NCBI GenBank assembly: GCA_002633005.1
Contig: NMRA01000430.1
Span: 1 to 64,000, forward strand
Length of the DNA stretch: 64,000 nucleotides
Direction: 5' to 3'
From: Phoronis australis
Taxonomy: Eukaryota > Animalia > Phoronida
A program made the translations under genes and the position numbers. Positions 1-15,600 of the stretch are shown piece by piece. The notes under the pieces were generated by a model. It made no database searches. It saw only the letters and a program-made list of their open reading frames with translations, and was not told the DNA's origin. Positions within the stretch are counted from its first letter, which is position 1. Each line of letters starts with the position of its first letter.

Positions 1-611
1 TATATCCAACTAACAATATCTTGAAAATATAATTACAATTTAACATACTTAGACCTTGCAATTTACACTTTAAAGTGGAACTTGCATGCTAATTCCTTAT
101 CTCTGTGATTGCTTGGTCAAACTAGTAAGAGACACAAGATATAGCAAAGACGTGAATGTTACCAAATGTTTTTAAGAACGAGTTTTGTGCCGAAAATGAT
201 CCACCATAAAACACACAACCATGTCCAGTAAGTATCGTGACCTGGTGTTGGAAAATAACACTGCATGATGCGGGCTATGTGAGTCCCCAAGGTGCGTCAT
301 TAATGCAAAGGGCAACTATTTGCAGATTTTTTTGTTCTCACATTTTCAAATTGTCAGTAAAAACAACTGCACTTTGTTTAGCATAGATTATGTTGAGATA
401 GCATTGTCGCTTAGTTCCTGCTATAAATGAGCAGTTAGGAGCATGCAAATACACTCTTTAAAATGTACTAGAACACTGAGCGCTCTTGATAATTCAGGAA
501 AGCACGATAAAGTAAATTTCTAGACATCACACACATTGAATGACAGATTAACTGAGGCACAAAAGAAAGAGTATCCAGCATCCATTTAAACTATTGACAC
601 GGCTGGTTTAC

Positions 612-3600
612 CTTGTCACTCATGAACGATGGTTTGACCACAACATACACATCTACACCCACTTCAGCGGGATACTGCATTTTGCTGTCATACTTAGCCA
701 AGTAGTCTGCAGCTGTCTGAAAGAGATATTAGAATGTAACATGTAGACTGACAGACTTACACCCCCTCACGCTGCCACCAAGCACCAGTCACACTGTCAT
801 CAAGCCCCAGTCACACTGTCATCAAGCCCTAGTCACATTGCCATCAAACCTCATTCACACTGTCATCAAGCCTCATTCACACTGCCAACAAGCCCCAGTC
901 ACACTGTCATCAAGCCCCAATCACACTGCCATCAATGATTTCGTTATGGTGACATATTTCTGACCAATAAGAGAGCACATAAACACAAAGTAAAGACTAA
1001 AAACCAGAAGACCTGGTTCAATGATCTCAAAGTGTAATTACACTGGGTATTAAACAAGAGCTTACTTTCAAACCAGATGCTCTGATCATATTGACTGACA
1101 GGCATACTTGCGATGACACGCCTCCTTGTACTGCTTCAGAGACTGACAGAGTAGTTCTCTGAAGTGTCTTTTTATAACATATGGTCACATCCAGTATTCC
1201 TGCATCCTGAACCTGACACATAAACAAACTTTCCTTAATAAATATATAAAACACAAACACCATAAACAATCTTTCCTGTCTTGCTTCTGTAGTGAATTAA
1301 GATAGACTCTGTGTCATTTAAACATACAATTGAGAACCTCTTTTTTCTTCACACAACTAAAGTCTATTACACCTTCCAACACCATTCAAGATTAAAGTAA
1401 ACACAAGTTAGTTTTTAAATGTCAAATGACATACATATAAATGTCTGATCTTGAGCCAAAAATGACAATGCATGCTGCTACTGGCCTCAAACAGAATCAT
1501 GAAGATATCAACCAACAAACCTCATCAAACTGCCTCGCGGAGGCGCTCCCTTCAATGACATGGCTGAGCGTGAGAGGAAATGACTGAGTAGTGGACTCTG
1601 TGCCACTCTGTAGAGTCACCATGGCACACAACTTGGCAAGAGGTAAGGTAGCCTGGAATGAAGTGAACCTATCACTAACAGTCACGAGACAGGGAGATAT
1701 TTAGGGCTTACGGAAGAAATGGCAGTCTGAGGCCAGGCTCACTAAGTTGGGATACAGAAAAGAGCTTGGCTAGAAAGAGGCTGGTTTTGTGACTGAATGC
1801 TAGGATTTAACTAAAATGAGGAAATGTTACAATAATGCATGACTTTTCACATCTCTCACCTTAGACAGCACCTGTTCTCGTATATTAGGGTGATAGTAAC
1901 GAACCCATACTTCAAATGGAATACCCGAGACGCCTCCAACAACACTTGAACACGCTAAAAAACCAACGTAAAGTGGGTATGACATAACACTTATAAGGTG
2001 CGAAATAAATAAATCATTAGTATTATCTTACCACTTGCTGCTGGGCAAAAACACATGAATAAAACTAAATAGGGTGCAACCAGGACATAGTTTGGCTGTA
2101 GTCAGCAGGTCTGTGGTGAACAACCCTGCAAAGATCCACTTAGAATGGAACAGTTACACGAGACGTTGAGACAATGATAATGGAATAACACACTCATGCA
2201 CAACACTGAATACTGTAAGTACAACAGTATGTGGACAAGATTCATCTGACCTGAGTCAACATGTGAAGCACTTCAGAACCTATCACTTAATATCTAAAGG
2301 CAGACTGAAGCAAATAGATCCAACAAAATACCAAGTCGTTCATTTAGAGTCACAGAAGTGATACTGTAAGCTGTTACATTACAATAGCAATTGCTCCATG
2401 CCAGCATATTGCAGTTCTACTGGCCACAAATTTCAAATGAACCTAGTTGAAAAACAGTGTTGTGAAATAAACCACGACCTGCTTAGTCTTAGGTTTAAAG
2501 TTGTATACAACCTGATGCGTACAACTTGGTTATGGAGTTGAACATGGAATGAAAGAGAAAGACACATTTATTTGAATATGACAAGTAAAATGTAAAATAG
2601 AGAGAGCTGAATACACCGTAGTAAACATGATATTACAGGCGACTCTTGGGAAGACGGTACAACCCCAAACCCACCTCAAAACAGTAAACACATCAACATC
2701 ACTTAATCTCATTTACAAAATTTAGATATAGCATGATACCATTATCATCTGATATGATTTTCAGAAAGCAAAGTACAGATTTATGGCCAGTTCGTGGTAT
2801 TGCTAACATACACGAGTGTATGCTTTATTACAGTCTCACTCACCTGACAGCATCTGTCTCTCTGGACAGTATATCACAATCTCACTCACCAGACAGTATC
2901 TGCCTCTAGACAGGTATATTACAGCCTCACTCACCAGACAGTAGACAGTATATCACAATCTCACTCACCAGACAGTATCTGTCTCTAGACAGGTATATTA
3001 CAGCCTCACTCACCAGACAGTATCTCTCTCTGGACAGGTATAGCACTCGGCAGACTAATCTTGATCTTCTTCACGTCATTAACAGTTGGATCAGGCACAC
3101 ATAGTGTAGTGGCTGTCTTGTGCGCCTCCAGCCTGATGGGCACTGCAAATTAACGGTCAATGTCATATTAAATAAACATAAATAACAATTAGAATGATTT
3201 AAACTGGAGTCAATCATTTCCTGTGATAATGAAGGTAACAACATCTCCAGTAGTTTGTGTTACAAGTTGTACCGCAGAAATTCAAAGAGTGCTGCTTCTG
3301 TGTCACTTTATGTAACACATACAAGAAAATGGTTGGATATGAAAATCCATCGCTCTTCAGTGAGAAAGTAACAACTGTTTACATCTTACCATATTTAACA
3401 GGGAAACCGCTCCTTTTCTCAGCCTGCTGCATTGGGAAATGGTATTGCACATAAAAGTCTGCTTCACCCCAGATCATGTCCTCACGTAATTTGAGTCCTC
3501 GTATTCCTTCGATGACAATATCAAAACAGTGTGACACCTTGTCAGTACTGACCAATGACTGACCCGATGACTCTCTCCTACAAAACAGCAAGTTGAGAAT

Positions 3601-6600
3601 ACCACAACACATTGGAGATAAGGAATCTCAACAAGAAGAAACCAATTGAAAGAAGTTTTGAAGTAAACAAAGATTCCATCAACTTCACTGGCACTACATT
3701 GTCAAGGAGTTAGTAATTGATTTACTGCAAAGATCCTCCTGACCAGTATTTGCGCTAATGTTGCATCACCCACCCACCCACTCACCCACCTACCCACCCA
3801 CCCCTATGTTCAGTCACCATACTATTAAACAATTACAATATCAACAGATTACATTCACACAACACTGGGTTGCCTGGAATTCATCCTTTGACAATGACAA
3901 CACTAACCACATAATTTTCCCTAATAGCAATAAACCTACTTGGAATCACTCCTTGACACATCAGGTTCGTAACTAGTTGGTTCACCTTTCAGCTTTTGCA
4001 GTGATGCCACCTTTAAGATCAAAAGTTAAAAAATAACAAAGATAAGCTATAGACAATGTCGCAGAACACATATTGTAAGTTTAGATAAATTTACATACAC
4101 CCTCTGTCAACAGTCTACTGGGGATTTCAGAAACCTCCATTCCCNCCGAGTGATTTTGTGTCCAAAAAATTACCCCAGGTGTTCGTTTAGAAAAAAGTTG
4201 TGAAGTTAGTTTGGAAAAGTGACGTTGACCATGCGATTTAAACCTACATTACCATTACAAGAGGGAAAATTCCCTTGTCATTTTCTTGGTCACTATAAGG
4301 AAAACCTGGAAACACCTCAGTTGACAAGTGATCAATCTGAAACATTATAGGGGTTTTTTAAAAACTAAAAATCAAAAAACTAATTACGTCTTGCCCACAG
4401 TCTGCAGATATGTGCCAGAAAGGCAAAAAATCAGAAAGAGTTCCATGAGGCCTCTTCCTTGGTAAAGGCTGCAAGATTCCCAGTGCATATTCATCCTACC
4501 TGTTGGCTCGACCCCATAGCCAGTAACACCTGTAATCTACCAGTCTCCTGTCCAGTGAAAGGGTTGGTGATGGGTATACAACCGTCCAGGCCGACCACTG
4601 GATACTGGAAGACAGGGGATCACTTGTTGAAATACAATCAATTGGATGCGTAAGAGCAACAAGAGGTTTAATTACAAGTGTTAGGAGTGGGTCTGGAAAT
4701 ATATCCAGCCCCGGCGTGTGCTCCATCAGAGACCAGAGCCCGCAAGAAGCAGATGCCATGTTGGGTACCCAGTACCACAAAATGTCCAAAACTGGTCTAC
4801 CTCTCCATCAATTGAAAGTTCTACTATGTGATTCCAAACCCGTTACTTATTTACATTGATTTGATTTTTAGTCATTAGACCTCTCCACTCCACTTAACAA
4901 TGAATTGACAATAAAGAAAAGACAGGCTCTACAATACAATGAATACCAATAGTTAATTACATACTTGGGACTTCAATAAAGCTTTTGCAATGTCACCATC
5001 TCTGTAAGACATGTAGAACTGATGTGTTGATATCTTGGCCACCCCGATGAGAAAATCAGCTGTGTGTGCTGACCTCTTGTCCCACACTTCAATAACCATC
5101 AAGTTATTCTTGAGTCTGTCTAGTAATGGTTGGCTCAGCATTACAGGAGATGTCTGGTAATGTAAAGTAGAACATGGCTCAACATTACATATGTCTTGTT
5201 ATTTCAAGTAAACACCATTGGCTCAGCATTACAGGAGATGTCTGGTAATGTAAAGTAGAACATGGCTCAACATTACAACATTACATATGTCTTGTTATGT
5301 CAAGTACGCATCATTGGCTCAGCATTACAGGAGAAAAAGTAGAACATGGCTCAACATTACATGTCTTGTTATGTCAAGTAAACATGGTTGCTCAGCATTG
5401 TCAAAATTATCGCAATAGCGCATGAATTTGACAATACCTGTAGCCAAATGTTGAGTGAGTTGTCGCATGGGTGACAAGCAAGGCAAACTTTGCTGTTTGA
5501 ATGTCAGAGCAGAGAACACATAACGTCTAGAAAATGTTCACTCATTCAGTGGAATTCCAGGTAAGAATCTGATTGGTTAAAAATGAGTTTCCTAGATACA
5601 GTTGATGTTCCAAGTATCAGCAAATCAAAAAGTGGACCAGGGTTTTATTAATACATTAATTTGTAAAATTGAAAATTTCAACAATTGATCTTTCAAATAT
5701 GACACACAGTTAAGTGAGTGCTGCAGTGGATGTAAGAAATACATGGTTTCATGCTCACGAAAAATACTTCTAGCACAGTGACTATAAATTCTATTAGAAA
5801 AGACTATGGTCAGATTTGGAGGGAAATCCAGTGCACAAGCTGGTATCATTATTAAGTAGTAATATACACAGTAACCTCACATGGAAATTTACAATGGTTG
5901 GCTCAACATCACAGTGATGTCTGTTATGAACATTTAACATGATGACTGATAATGTAAAGCATGGTCGACTCAACATCAAAAACATTGCAAGACAACAAAA
6001 CACAGTTATGTTCTGATTAGCTTCTAATCAAGGCAAGTTGATGAAGCTAAACTACTGATGAGTCACTTACTAGTACAAAAGAAAATGTGGGGTTACTAGT
6101 CGTCCAGCAGACATCTGAAGTTACTTCATCACCACTCCAGAATAAACGACACACTAAGTATGTGTTGGGTTTACTGGGGCCAGCCTCAGTGGACACTGAA
6201 AGGAAAAGATGGAGTCAACCTTGTGAATTCAATGTTGTGATTATTCTAATGAGGACATGTCAGAGTACTTTGCTGTCAGCAAACGGAAATGATGTGAAAC
6301 AAATGATACTCGTAAACAGAGACCCCAATGAACATACAGTGATACTGGTGAACAGGGTTCACAGTGAACATATAGTGATACTGGTGAACAAACAGTGATA
6401 ATAGTGAACAGTGATACTGGTGAACAGAGTTCACAATGAACATACCATGATACTGGTGAAAAGAGTTCAGTCAACATATAGTGATACTGGTGAACAGAGT
6501 TCATTTAGCATACAGTGGTACTGGTGAACACAGTTCAGTTAGCATAGAGTGATACTGGTGAATAGAGTTCACAGTCAACATACAGTAACACCGTCCAGTG

Positions 6601-9600
6601 AAAAGAGTTCACAGTCAACATACCGTTCTTAATGTTGAAGCCAGCAGGGATCATAACCAAGGTATACAAGGGTGGCCAATCCTGGAAAATAAACAATGGC
6701 ACCAACCTGGTACAAAAATTAATTACGAAGGTACACCATACACACAGATGAAACAGTAATAGAGTGAACCATACATGGAGAGCCCCACGGTGACTAACAC
6801 CAGTAATAATGATACAGGCAAATTGTATTTGGAGCAGATTATGAAACTAAGAGACACATATTACATTACAGGTGCATACTGATGTATATAGGTGTTATAC
6901 CTCTGAGGGCTGTTCCAGTAAAATCCGTGTAGGAGGGGGGGGACGGCAGTAGAAATAAAAATTCATGGGTGGTGGTCTTCAGAAAAAAACTCAAATTATG
7001 GGTGGTCGTTCCTGTAAGAAGTGATGCATTAAAAATGGGTAGTATTTTTTGACCTGTTAATGGGGATAGGTTGGTTACTTCAGCAGTAAAAACTCAAAAA
7101 AAAATGCAATTGTCCTAACTTATCTAAATACAAAAAAGCCCATATTGCCAGTGAACAGAGTGCAATATGTTCACTAAGCCATTAATCAAGTCATGGGCAA
7201 CTTGATTTGAGCCAACTGTTTGTCTGCAGTCCTATTGAATTGAAAAGTTATGCAACACTGAACTGGTGTTAACACATATAAGAAAATTGATGATTTTTAA
7301 ATAAAAAGTATGAGGAGTAANACACACAAATGAAACAGTAATAGAGTGAACCATACATGGAGAGCATGGTGACTAACACCAGTAATAATGATACAGGCAA
7401 ATTGTATTTGGAGCAGATTATGAAACTAAGAGACACATATTACATTACAGGTGCATACCGATGGATATAGGTGTTATACCTCTGATGGTGTTCATGTGAT
7501 GAACATTTACATTTTCAAAAATGTACAAAATCTATATTTCTGGCAGAGAACTTCCAAAAATGTTGATTTTCTCTCTCTTTAAATGATTATAACGTGATAA
7601 TTTCAGTAAATCTTAAAAGTATACACTGACCATTTAGGCCTTGTCTAAGAAAGTTTTGTGCACTTTTGAAAGTGTCTCAATTAATTACGGAGAATACCAG
7701 AGCAAACAAGAAAGTTTAGAATAACATCAGCATGAAACTTGTGTATTAATCTGATATTTCGCCTTCATCACAGATATCATGACCCATCACTCCTTCAGCT
7801 CACCTGCCAACTACCCACACCGTCAGCCTGCACTGTCCTTTCTCTGGCAGCTCCTTCAACCGACTGTGAAGTAGTCTTCTTCTGTACACCTGCACATCAC
7901 ATTATCTCATTAACTACTCCCTCTAAAACTAGGCAGATTTTATTCATAAAAGTCCATATTTGTGGACTGCTCAATGTACTAAATCAATTAGTAATAACCT
8001 TAAGCAAGAATAGTGCCAGGAGGCTAATACCCTATTTTTAAAACTATTTAAGACTGGAGCCAGCCTGCAACAGAGAATTGGGAAGAACTTTTGTCCTTAA
8101 TGTCTACAGATCGGCAACTGAAGCTAATGAATCAAACCTGCATTCGTAACAAAACTACTGAACACATTTTCTTATTACATTGGATCTGCCATCCTTAGAC
8201 CAACCAGCTTACAGTCGACACATCATACCTGCAACTGTCAGCCCCCTCTGTCCCTTCTGACCAGCTATCCGTAGTTTAGCAAGAGACTTTGTAAAGTCTT
8301 TGCTGTCTGAAGCCAGTTCAATGGCTACCTGAAATGTAGTTCCAGTTTGTTCACATTAATGAAATCTCTCAGCATATCCTTCATAAACAATAACTAGTAC
8401 ACTGAAGCAGTTACACAAATGTTATATCATACCAACAAACAACTCTTTGAATTCACACCATAAATTATTCTGACCAAATAAGACCTTTCTCTTTCTGGTA
8501 CAGACAAGTTTGCATGTTGGTATGGATCCAGAGGACAGTTCCCATCACAACACGGTCAGGGTATAATTCCACCAACAGTTTGAATGTATTGTCCACCGAC
8601 TACATGGTTAGGGTATAGTTCCACATAGCAGTTTGAATGTACTGTACCCTCACTACATGGTCAAGGTATAGTTCCACGTAACAGTTTCCCCACAACATTA
8701 CAGCACAACACTCAACCTACCTTAAGTTGCCCTATTCTCTTCTTCTTACGTGCCTCACTTCTAGAGGTCAGTTGCCCCGATTTTAAATCAGACATTTCAT
8801 TTACATCTAGTAGGTCATAAATACTAAGACCGCCTGAGGTAAGAAGAGACTTCAAAGGCAGACTACACAATCCAATCAGAGTGGGCTGAAACAAAGGAAA
8901 AACAAGATTACAAAAACTCTTGAAAACACAGCACAATGACAAATAAGACACTGTGAATCAGCAATAACAACAATTCATGCAATCATTCCAAAGTTGGAAA
9001 TTAAAATCAATTGAGTCTTGCACCAAAATTCACTTGTTTTTTATTAGCTTACCAATTAAATAAAATCCTGTAATTTTCAGTGTAATGCAAGAGTAATTCA
9101 AATCCGGATTGTATAAAATAATAGTAATAATGGTGGTGATGATGATGGTGCTCATGGTGACAACTGCACTGTCTTATAGTAGTCGTAGTGGTAGTCATAG
9201 CAACAACAACAACAACAAAAAAGAAAGAAAAAAGACAAGGATTTTTCAGTTAATGTTTATTACTTACTACATTATGCTCTGCAGGTCTTGAAAACACTTT
9301 GAACACCAGATCAGATGACCACCATTTGTCTAGGGAGTCACCATCAAAATGGACAGGGAACACAGTGTGATGACTGAAGTTGACAACTGGAAAGATGTAT
9401 TATGGAATGACTCAAACAACAAGTAACAGCACTAGTGAAATTTTGATTTTCCTATGCTTTACAAACAGAAGCTAATGCCATAGACATAGCACGACAAATG
9501 AGAACTCTATGGTAACGAACCCTTTGGTTTGGTTTTACAAGTCCTCCAAATCTAAAAACACACAAAAAACTTATATTCAGCTCTCAGATTTTTCTTATTA

Positions 9601-12600
9601 TTAATTCTAAATGAATCTTTATATCCAAAATCTGTATTTATAAAATATGTGACAAACAAATTTTGAACATTAAGTACAAACCATTGTCTTTCTTCACTTT
9701 AGAAGCAACTCTCATTGTTTCAGTTGCCATGGTGTTAGGTAAATACTTGTCTCTTGAAACAGAAACTACTGGAAACTGGTACTCAATAAAATAGGTGCTG
9801 AAAAAATAACCAATAAACATTATTTATTCAAAAGGATACAACAATGCACTTTTAAACTCACAGTATTAGGCAGTTGACAATTTTACGAAACACAAAATAT
9901 TCACATTCCCCATTCATATCTCTTCTTCTGCGGAGGTAGAAAAACACATTGACCTTATTGCAAACGGTAGGATCATTAATCAATCTCTGAGTAAAGTGAG
10001 GAAAGAAAAGAACAATTTATTGCGCCCCTCTCAACTTAACAATTTTTTGATTTCAGCATTTTAACTCACCACATAACCCACATAACAATAAGATTTAATT
10101 GGGATTAGAATGACAAACTGAGAACTACTTTTGCTGTAGTGAAAAATATGGCAACACCATATAATTGCAGGCCAAGTCTCATACAGATGTGTTGCATTGT
10201 GGGTAAATACTGCAGAATCAGAGAGGGTGCTGTCTTATTCGTAAGTGGCTATTGGCAGCTGACAGTCAACAATCATTCCAAACACTATTTAGAAGTTGAG
10301 TGAGCAACTGTGGGTCCAAGCTAATAATGTTAACAAACAAAAATCACAACGCAGCATAAACATAATTATGGATAATTATGGTATGTTTACTATTGAGACT
10401 ACTTTTGGAGTAACATACTGACTTACAGACAGGGGAAGAGATTAAGTATAGTTCAAGTTACACACTGGATCTGGACGTATTCCCTAACTGGATTTACTTA
10501 GTAAAGGGACATAGCACCTACCTGGGTTTACTTGGTAAAGGGGGCTTTCCTTGTCTCCGTTGTACTGCGACTGGAATAAGGCTGGCCTTGTCTAGGTTTA
10601 GAGTGTATATAGAGACCCTAGCCACCTGGACCCGCCCTAGGAGAGTGAGACGCTCAACGTTCATCTGGCTGACTGACTGTAAATCATGCTGCCTGTGGGC
10701 TAAGAGAAAAATCATACGTAACCAGTTTGTAATCACCAGTATCTAAATTTAGTATTTGTATTACTCACCACCATGCTAACAGCACACCGCTTATACCGTA
10801 AACGTTTGGGTTAATGCCCTGGGCGGTTAAATTGGCAAACCCAAAAAATCGGGGGTGGGCGGTTAACCAGACATGGGCGCTTAAACGTGAAATTTCAAGA
10901 AATCCAGGGTGGGCGGTTAACCGAACATGGGTGCTTATTACGACAGGAAATCGCCCTGGGCGGTTAATCTTACCTCGTGATCCAAGTCCCCACACCACAC
11001 ACGTACTCGGAACGCGTAGCCCTTTTCAAAAGCTTTATCGTCACATCGCCAAATGACGGTAAAAACTTCATAACAGCGGATGATCCCAACAAAGGTTCTG
11101 TTGCCCTTCGATTAGTCATTCGCAATTAAATTTACAAAATTGCTGAGTAATAGACCTGTGCCATCCTGCGGTCTTGTTTGTTAGAACTGTAGTGCGCAGA
11201 CGACCGCTCCACTTGGATTGCAAGCGATGATACTGCAAAAGTGCGCGTGTGCAAGCTTCACGTGTTGCAGAGGTCACAGCTGACACCAAGGATCAAGGTT
11301 ACTGTCCCGTGCTAGCTGTCAAGTGTCAAGTTCCAAGTCAGAGAGCAGTTTCAAAATTAGGTGTAATACAGTTTGAAAAACTAAATCAGGTGTTTTTGTG
11401 TTTGAGATGTTTATAGTCGACACTCCATGACTCAATAACATTTTACTTCCCGTTGCGCGAAACATGCTAGGAAAAGAAGTAAGAGAAGAATCGGGAGGGG
11501 GGGGGGTAAGAGGACATGATCCAGTGGTCAATCAATTTCGAACCACGGCATAAATATGTGATAAAACGTCACAAAACAGAGATGTTTCAATTCATTCTTA
11601 AACGACCACCTTACTCAACTTTGTGGTGGAAAACATTTATTTTCAATGCAAGACTTCCAGATTATATCCTATTATAATATCACCTACACTATCACAGTGC
11701 GGCACTGGTCGGTCCCGCTGTTTGCGCGCAATGTCCCAGCAGGCAATCTTGACTTGGAAAGGCCGTCAAGTAATATAACGGCTTCTTTCAATATGCATCT
11801 CGTTTTTAATGGCCAAAGATAGCGGCGGGATTCAGCACGCATGTAGGGCCTACGTACGAGTAACCTGTCAATCACGAGTTGGTGTCAAGGTAACATGCCC
11901 TCAGTGTGGGAACTTACGCGCATGCACCACTACAAAGTGACACATCAAAAGAGAACAGCGACACTCCTAAGTAAAAGAAACCGACGTGACGCTGTACTTT
12001 TAAGATGTTGTTAGAAAAGACCCAGTGCTTTACGATATTCCACGGTTCCAATGTCCCCCCAAAACTGCCGCATGTCAAGTCTACTTTGATATTTTGCGGC
12101 TCGATGTTCCCTAGGCCCGAGGGTGCCATGCCCGTAACTAGCTGCGTGTACCTCCTACCAACTATCGCCGTAGATATTTCAGGCTCGAATGGTAAGAATT
12201 TTGTTCAGGCTGAAACTGGCCAATGTAGAAACAAAATTATTCTGGATGGCTAAAAAGGGAATACGGAAGCGATAATTCACACAGACGGGGGTTGACGCAA
12301 GAAATCGTAGTAAAGAACAGCCAGCGACATTAGTTAAATCTGCTAACACCAGTTTGACTGCGATGCAATAAGCGAAAAACAAAATTTGCCATCCTTTGAA
12401 CTCAGAAATCGAGAGGCAGCAAATCAGTAACCCAGTGAGGCTTACTGTCCCTTTGGTCGCCACATATCCTCGATAACCTGGCAATAACATTCATAAAAAT
12501 AGGGAGAATTTGACATCTTTCCGTGAGTTATGGGACTTAATGCTTCAAAATACGAGAGCTTTCCACCTAAAGAGAATTTGGATTGTCACATTTCTCTGGC

Positions 12601-15600
12601 CTGGTTATTTCGACTACATGTTTTATCTAGTGCACGCAGACGGAAACTCAACATGGCAGACAGCGTCGTAGAAAGCAGAGGTATTGACGCCGGCGGGGTT
12701 CTTAAACTTTGCAAACACGGGAAGAAAATAAAATGATAAAAACGTTCAAGTATTATATTTTGAAGTAAGTCCATGACCCGGGACAATAATTTGTTGCTTG
12801 TATTGTAATTCACATTGCCAAACCGTCGTCCCGAGACGCAGCGTCGTTGCGCTCGTTGTGATCATCATCTGTATCTAAAAGTCGGGAATCGCGCATTTCC
12901 TAACACTGTGCGCTAAATCTTCAATCTTAAAAAGTCGGGGACGGGCGCTTAACTGGAAATCTTCAAAAATCGCAAAGGGGTGGTTAACCGAGCAGTGGGA
13001 GGTTAAATCGAAAATCCACCTAAAGTAGGGGGTGGGGGGTTAACTGAGCATGGGCGTTAACCTGAACGTTTACGGTAATTACGACATTGTGAACTTTCAT
13101 TGATAACTTGAGTTATGCACAAAGAAGAGAAATTGTCAGAATGTGAAAGATTTCATTAAAACCTCTTTACACAAGTATGTGATTATCACTTAGTCAAGTA
13201 CTATGAACACAAACTTGAAGTATTCCCATCCTCAGAATATGAAGACAGCATGGCAGAGTTGTCCTGAGTCACACCACCCTGTGGACCAGCCTCACTTGTG
13301 ATTCTGCTACCGTACTCAGACTCCTCCGTCTCCCCACCCTTGATCAGGGCACGTTTTCCTATACGTTGTTGCCTCTGACTGATTTCATTTATCGCTTGTG
13401 CAGAATTACCCCTCTGAAAAAGAGAACACAATTGAACAGTCAATGAGTCATTTCCAGGATGATTCATACTTTGGCACTACTGAACACATTAAGTTAATAC
13501 CAAGTCATCAGGCTAACTGTGATGTCATTATTGCACTAGGCTGCATCATTGAAATGAACAACTGTGCCTGGCAACATTTCTTCCGCCACAGAATAAGTAC
13601 ATAATTCAAATTTGGCCAATACCACTCAAGTTTGCAGAGCAAAGTTTACTAAAAGGACTGCACAATTCAACATTGTATGATCAAAGGCAACAGCCTGAAA
13701 CTTCGACCAAATGAAGCTGAGTATCACCTAAAAGTTTTACAAGAGCAACGCGGAGCGTTGAAATGCGCCCACAATTGCACCGCATACGGTATACTTCTAG
13801 GGTTGTTTATTGGTACCATAAAGTGGCCAGTAGAGGGCATACTTTGCAAAATGGAAAGGCATGGTCATTGTCTCCTCAATAGGCTAGGGGCAAAATGTGA
13901 GTAATCTTCATAATACAAGCACATCCTATACACTAGTTGCTTAAAGCACCACAGAAACATAGAATTAAAAACAAATTTACCAACATACGAGATTAGCACA
14001 GCATTAGAATGCCAGAAACAAATTTCTACTTGGAACTTTTCCTTCACAGTCACGAAGTAACACAAACTATACACCTGAAGACCTATGAAAATACAGAGGT
14101 CAATGTAAAATACTAAAATTGCCACTAGAGGCATACCGGTAGTCAGAATCATCCTAAAGTCGTCATNTAAATCTGCTAACACCAGTTTGACTGCGATGCA
14201 ATAAGCGAAAAACAAAATTTGCCATCCTTTGAACTCAGTAACCCAGTGAGGCACACTATCCCTTTGGTCGCCACATATCCTCGATAACCTGGAAATAACA
14301 TTCATAAAAATAGGGAGAATTTGACATCTTTCCGTGAGTTATGGGAATTAATGCTTCAAAATACGAGAGCTTTCCACCTAAAGAGAATTTGGATTGTCAC
14401 ATTTCTCTGGCCTGGTTATTTCGACTACATGTTTTATCTAGTGCACTGCAGACGGAAACTCAGCGCGGCAGACAGCGTCGTAGAAAGCAGAGGTATTGAC
14501 GCCGGCGGGGTTCTTAAACTTTGCAAACACGGGAAGAAAATAAAATGATAAAACGTTCAAGTATAATATTTAATTATATTTTGAAGTAAGTCCATGACCC
14601 GGGACAATAATTTGTTGCTTGTATTGTAATTCACATTGCCAAACCGTCGTCCCGAGACACAGCGTCGTTGCGATCATCATCTGTATCTAAAAGTCGGGAA
14701 TCGCGCATTTCCTAACACTGGGCGCTAAATCTTCAATCTTAAAAAGTCGGGGATGGGCGCTTAACTGGAAATCTTCAAAAATCGCAAAGGGGTGGTTAAC
14801 CGAGCAGTGGGAGGTTAAATCGAAAATCCACCTAAAGTAGGGGGTTAACTGAGCATGGGCGTTAACCCGAACGTTTACGGTAATTACGACATTGTGAACT
14901 TTGATAACTTGTTGAGTTATGCACAAAGAAGAGAAATTGTCAGAATGTGAAAGATTTCATTAAAACCTCTTTACACAAGTATGTGATTATCACTTAGTCA
15001 AGTACTATGAACACAAACTTGAAGTATTCCCATCCTGAGAATATGAAGACAGCATGGCAGAGTTGTCCTGAGTCACACCACCCTGTGGACCAGCCTCACT
15101 TGTGATTCTGCTACCGTACTCAGACTCCTCCGTCTCCCCACCCTTGATCAGGGCACGTTTTCCTATATGTTGTTGCCTCTGACTGATTTCATTTATCGCT
15201 TGTGCAGAATTACCCCTCTGAAAAAGAGAACACGATTGAACAGTCAATGAGTCATTTCCAGGATGATTCATACTTTGGCACTATTGAACACATTATGTTA
15301 ATACCAAGTCATCAGGCTAACTGTGATGTCATTATTGCACTAGGCTGCATCATTGAAATGAACAACTGTGCCTGACAACATTTCTTCCGCCACAGAATAA
15401 GTACATAATTCAAACTTGGCCAATACCACTCAAGTTTGCAGAGCAAAGTTTACTAAAAGGACTGCACAATTCAACATTGTATGATCAAAGGCAACAGCCT
15501 GAAACTTCGACCAAATGAAGCTGAGTATCACCTAAAAGTTTTATAAAAGCAAGGAAGCAAGATTTTTAATACTCATACTAGTATAATGAAATTTTTTACA

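Noticed and set aside
9831-9839. GTATCCTTT on the minus strand (also near 24519)
   Set aside because: Not at an exon boundary; lies inside introns, so not a U12 donor.
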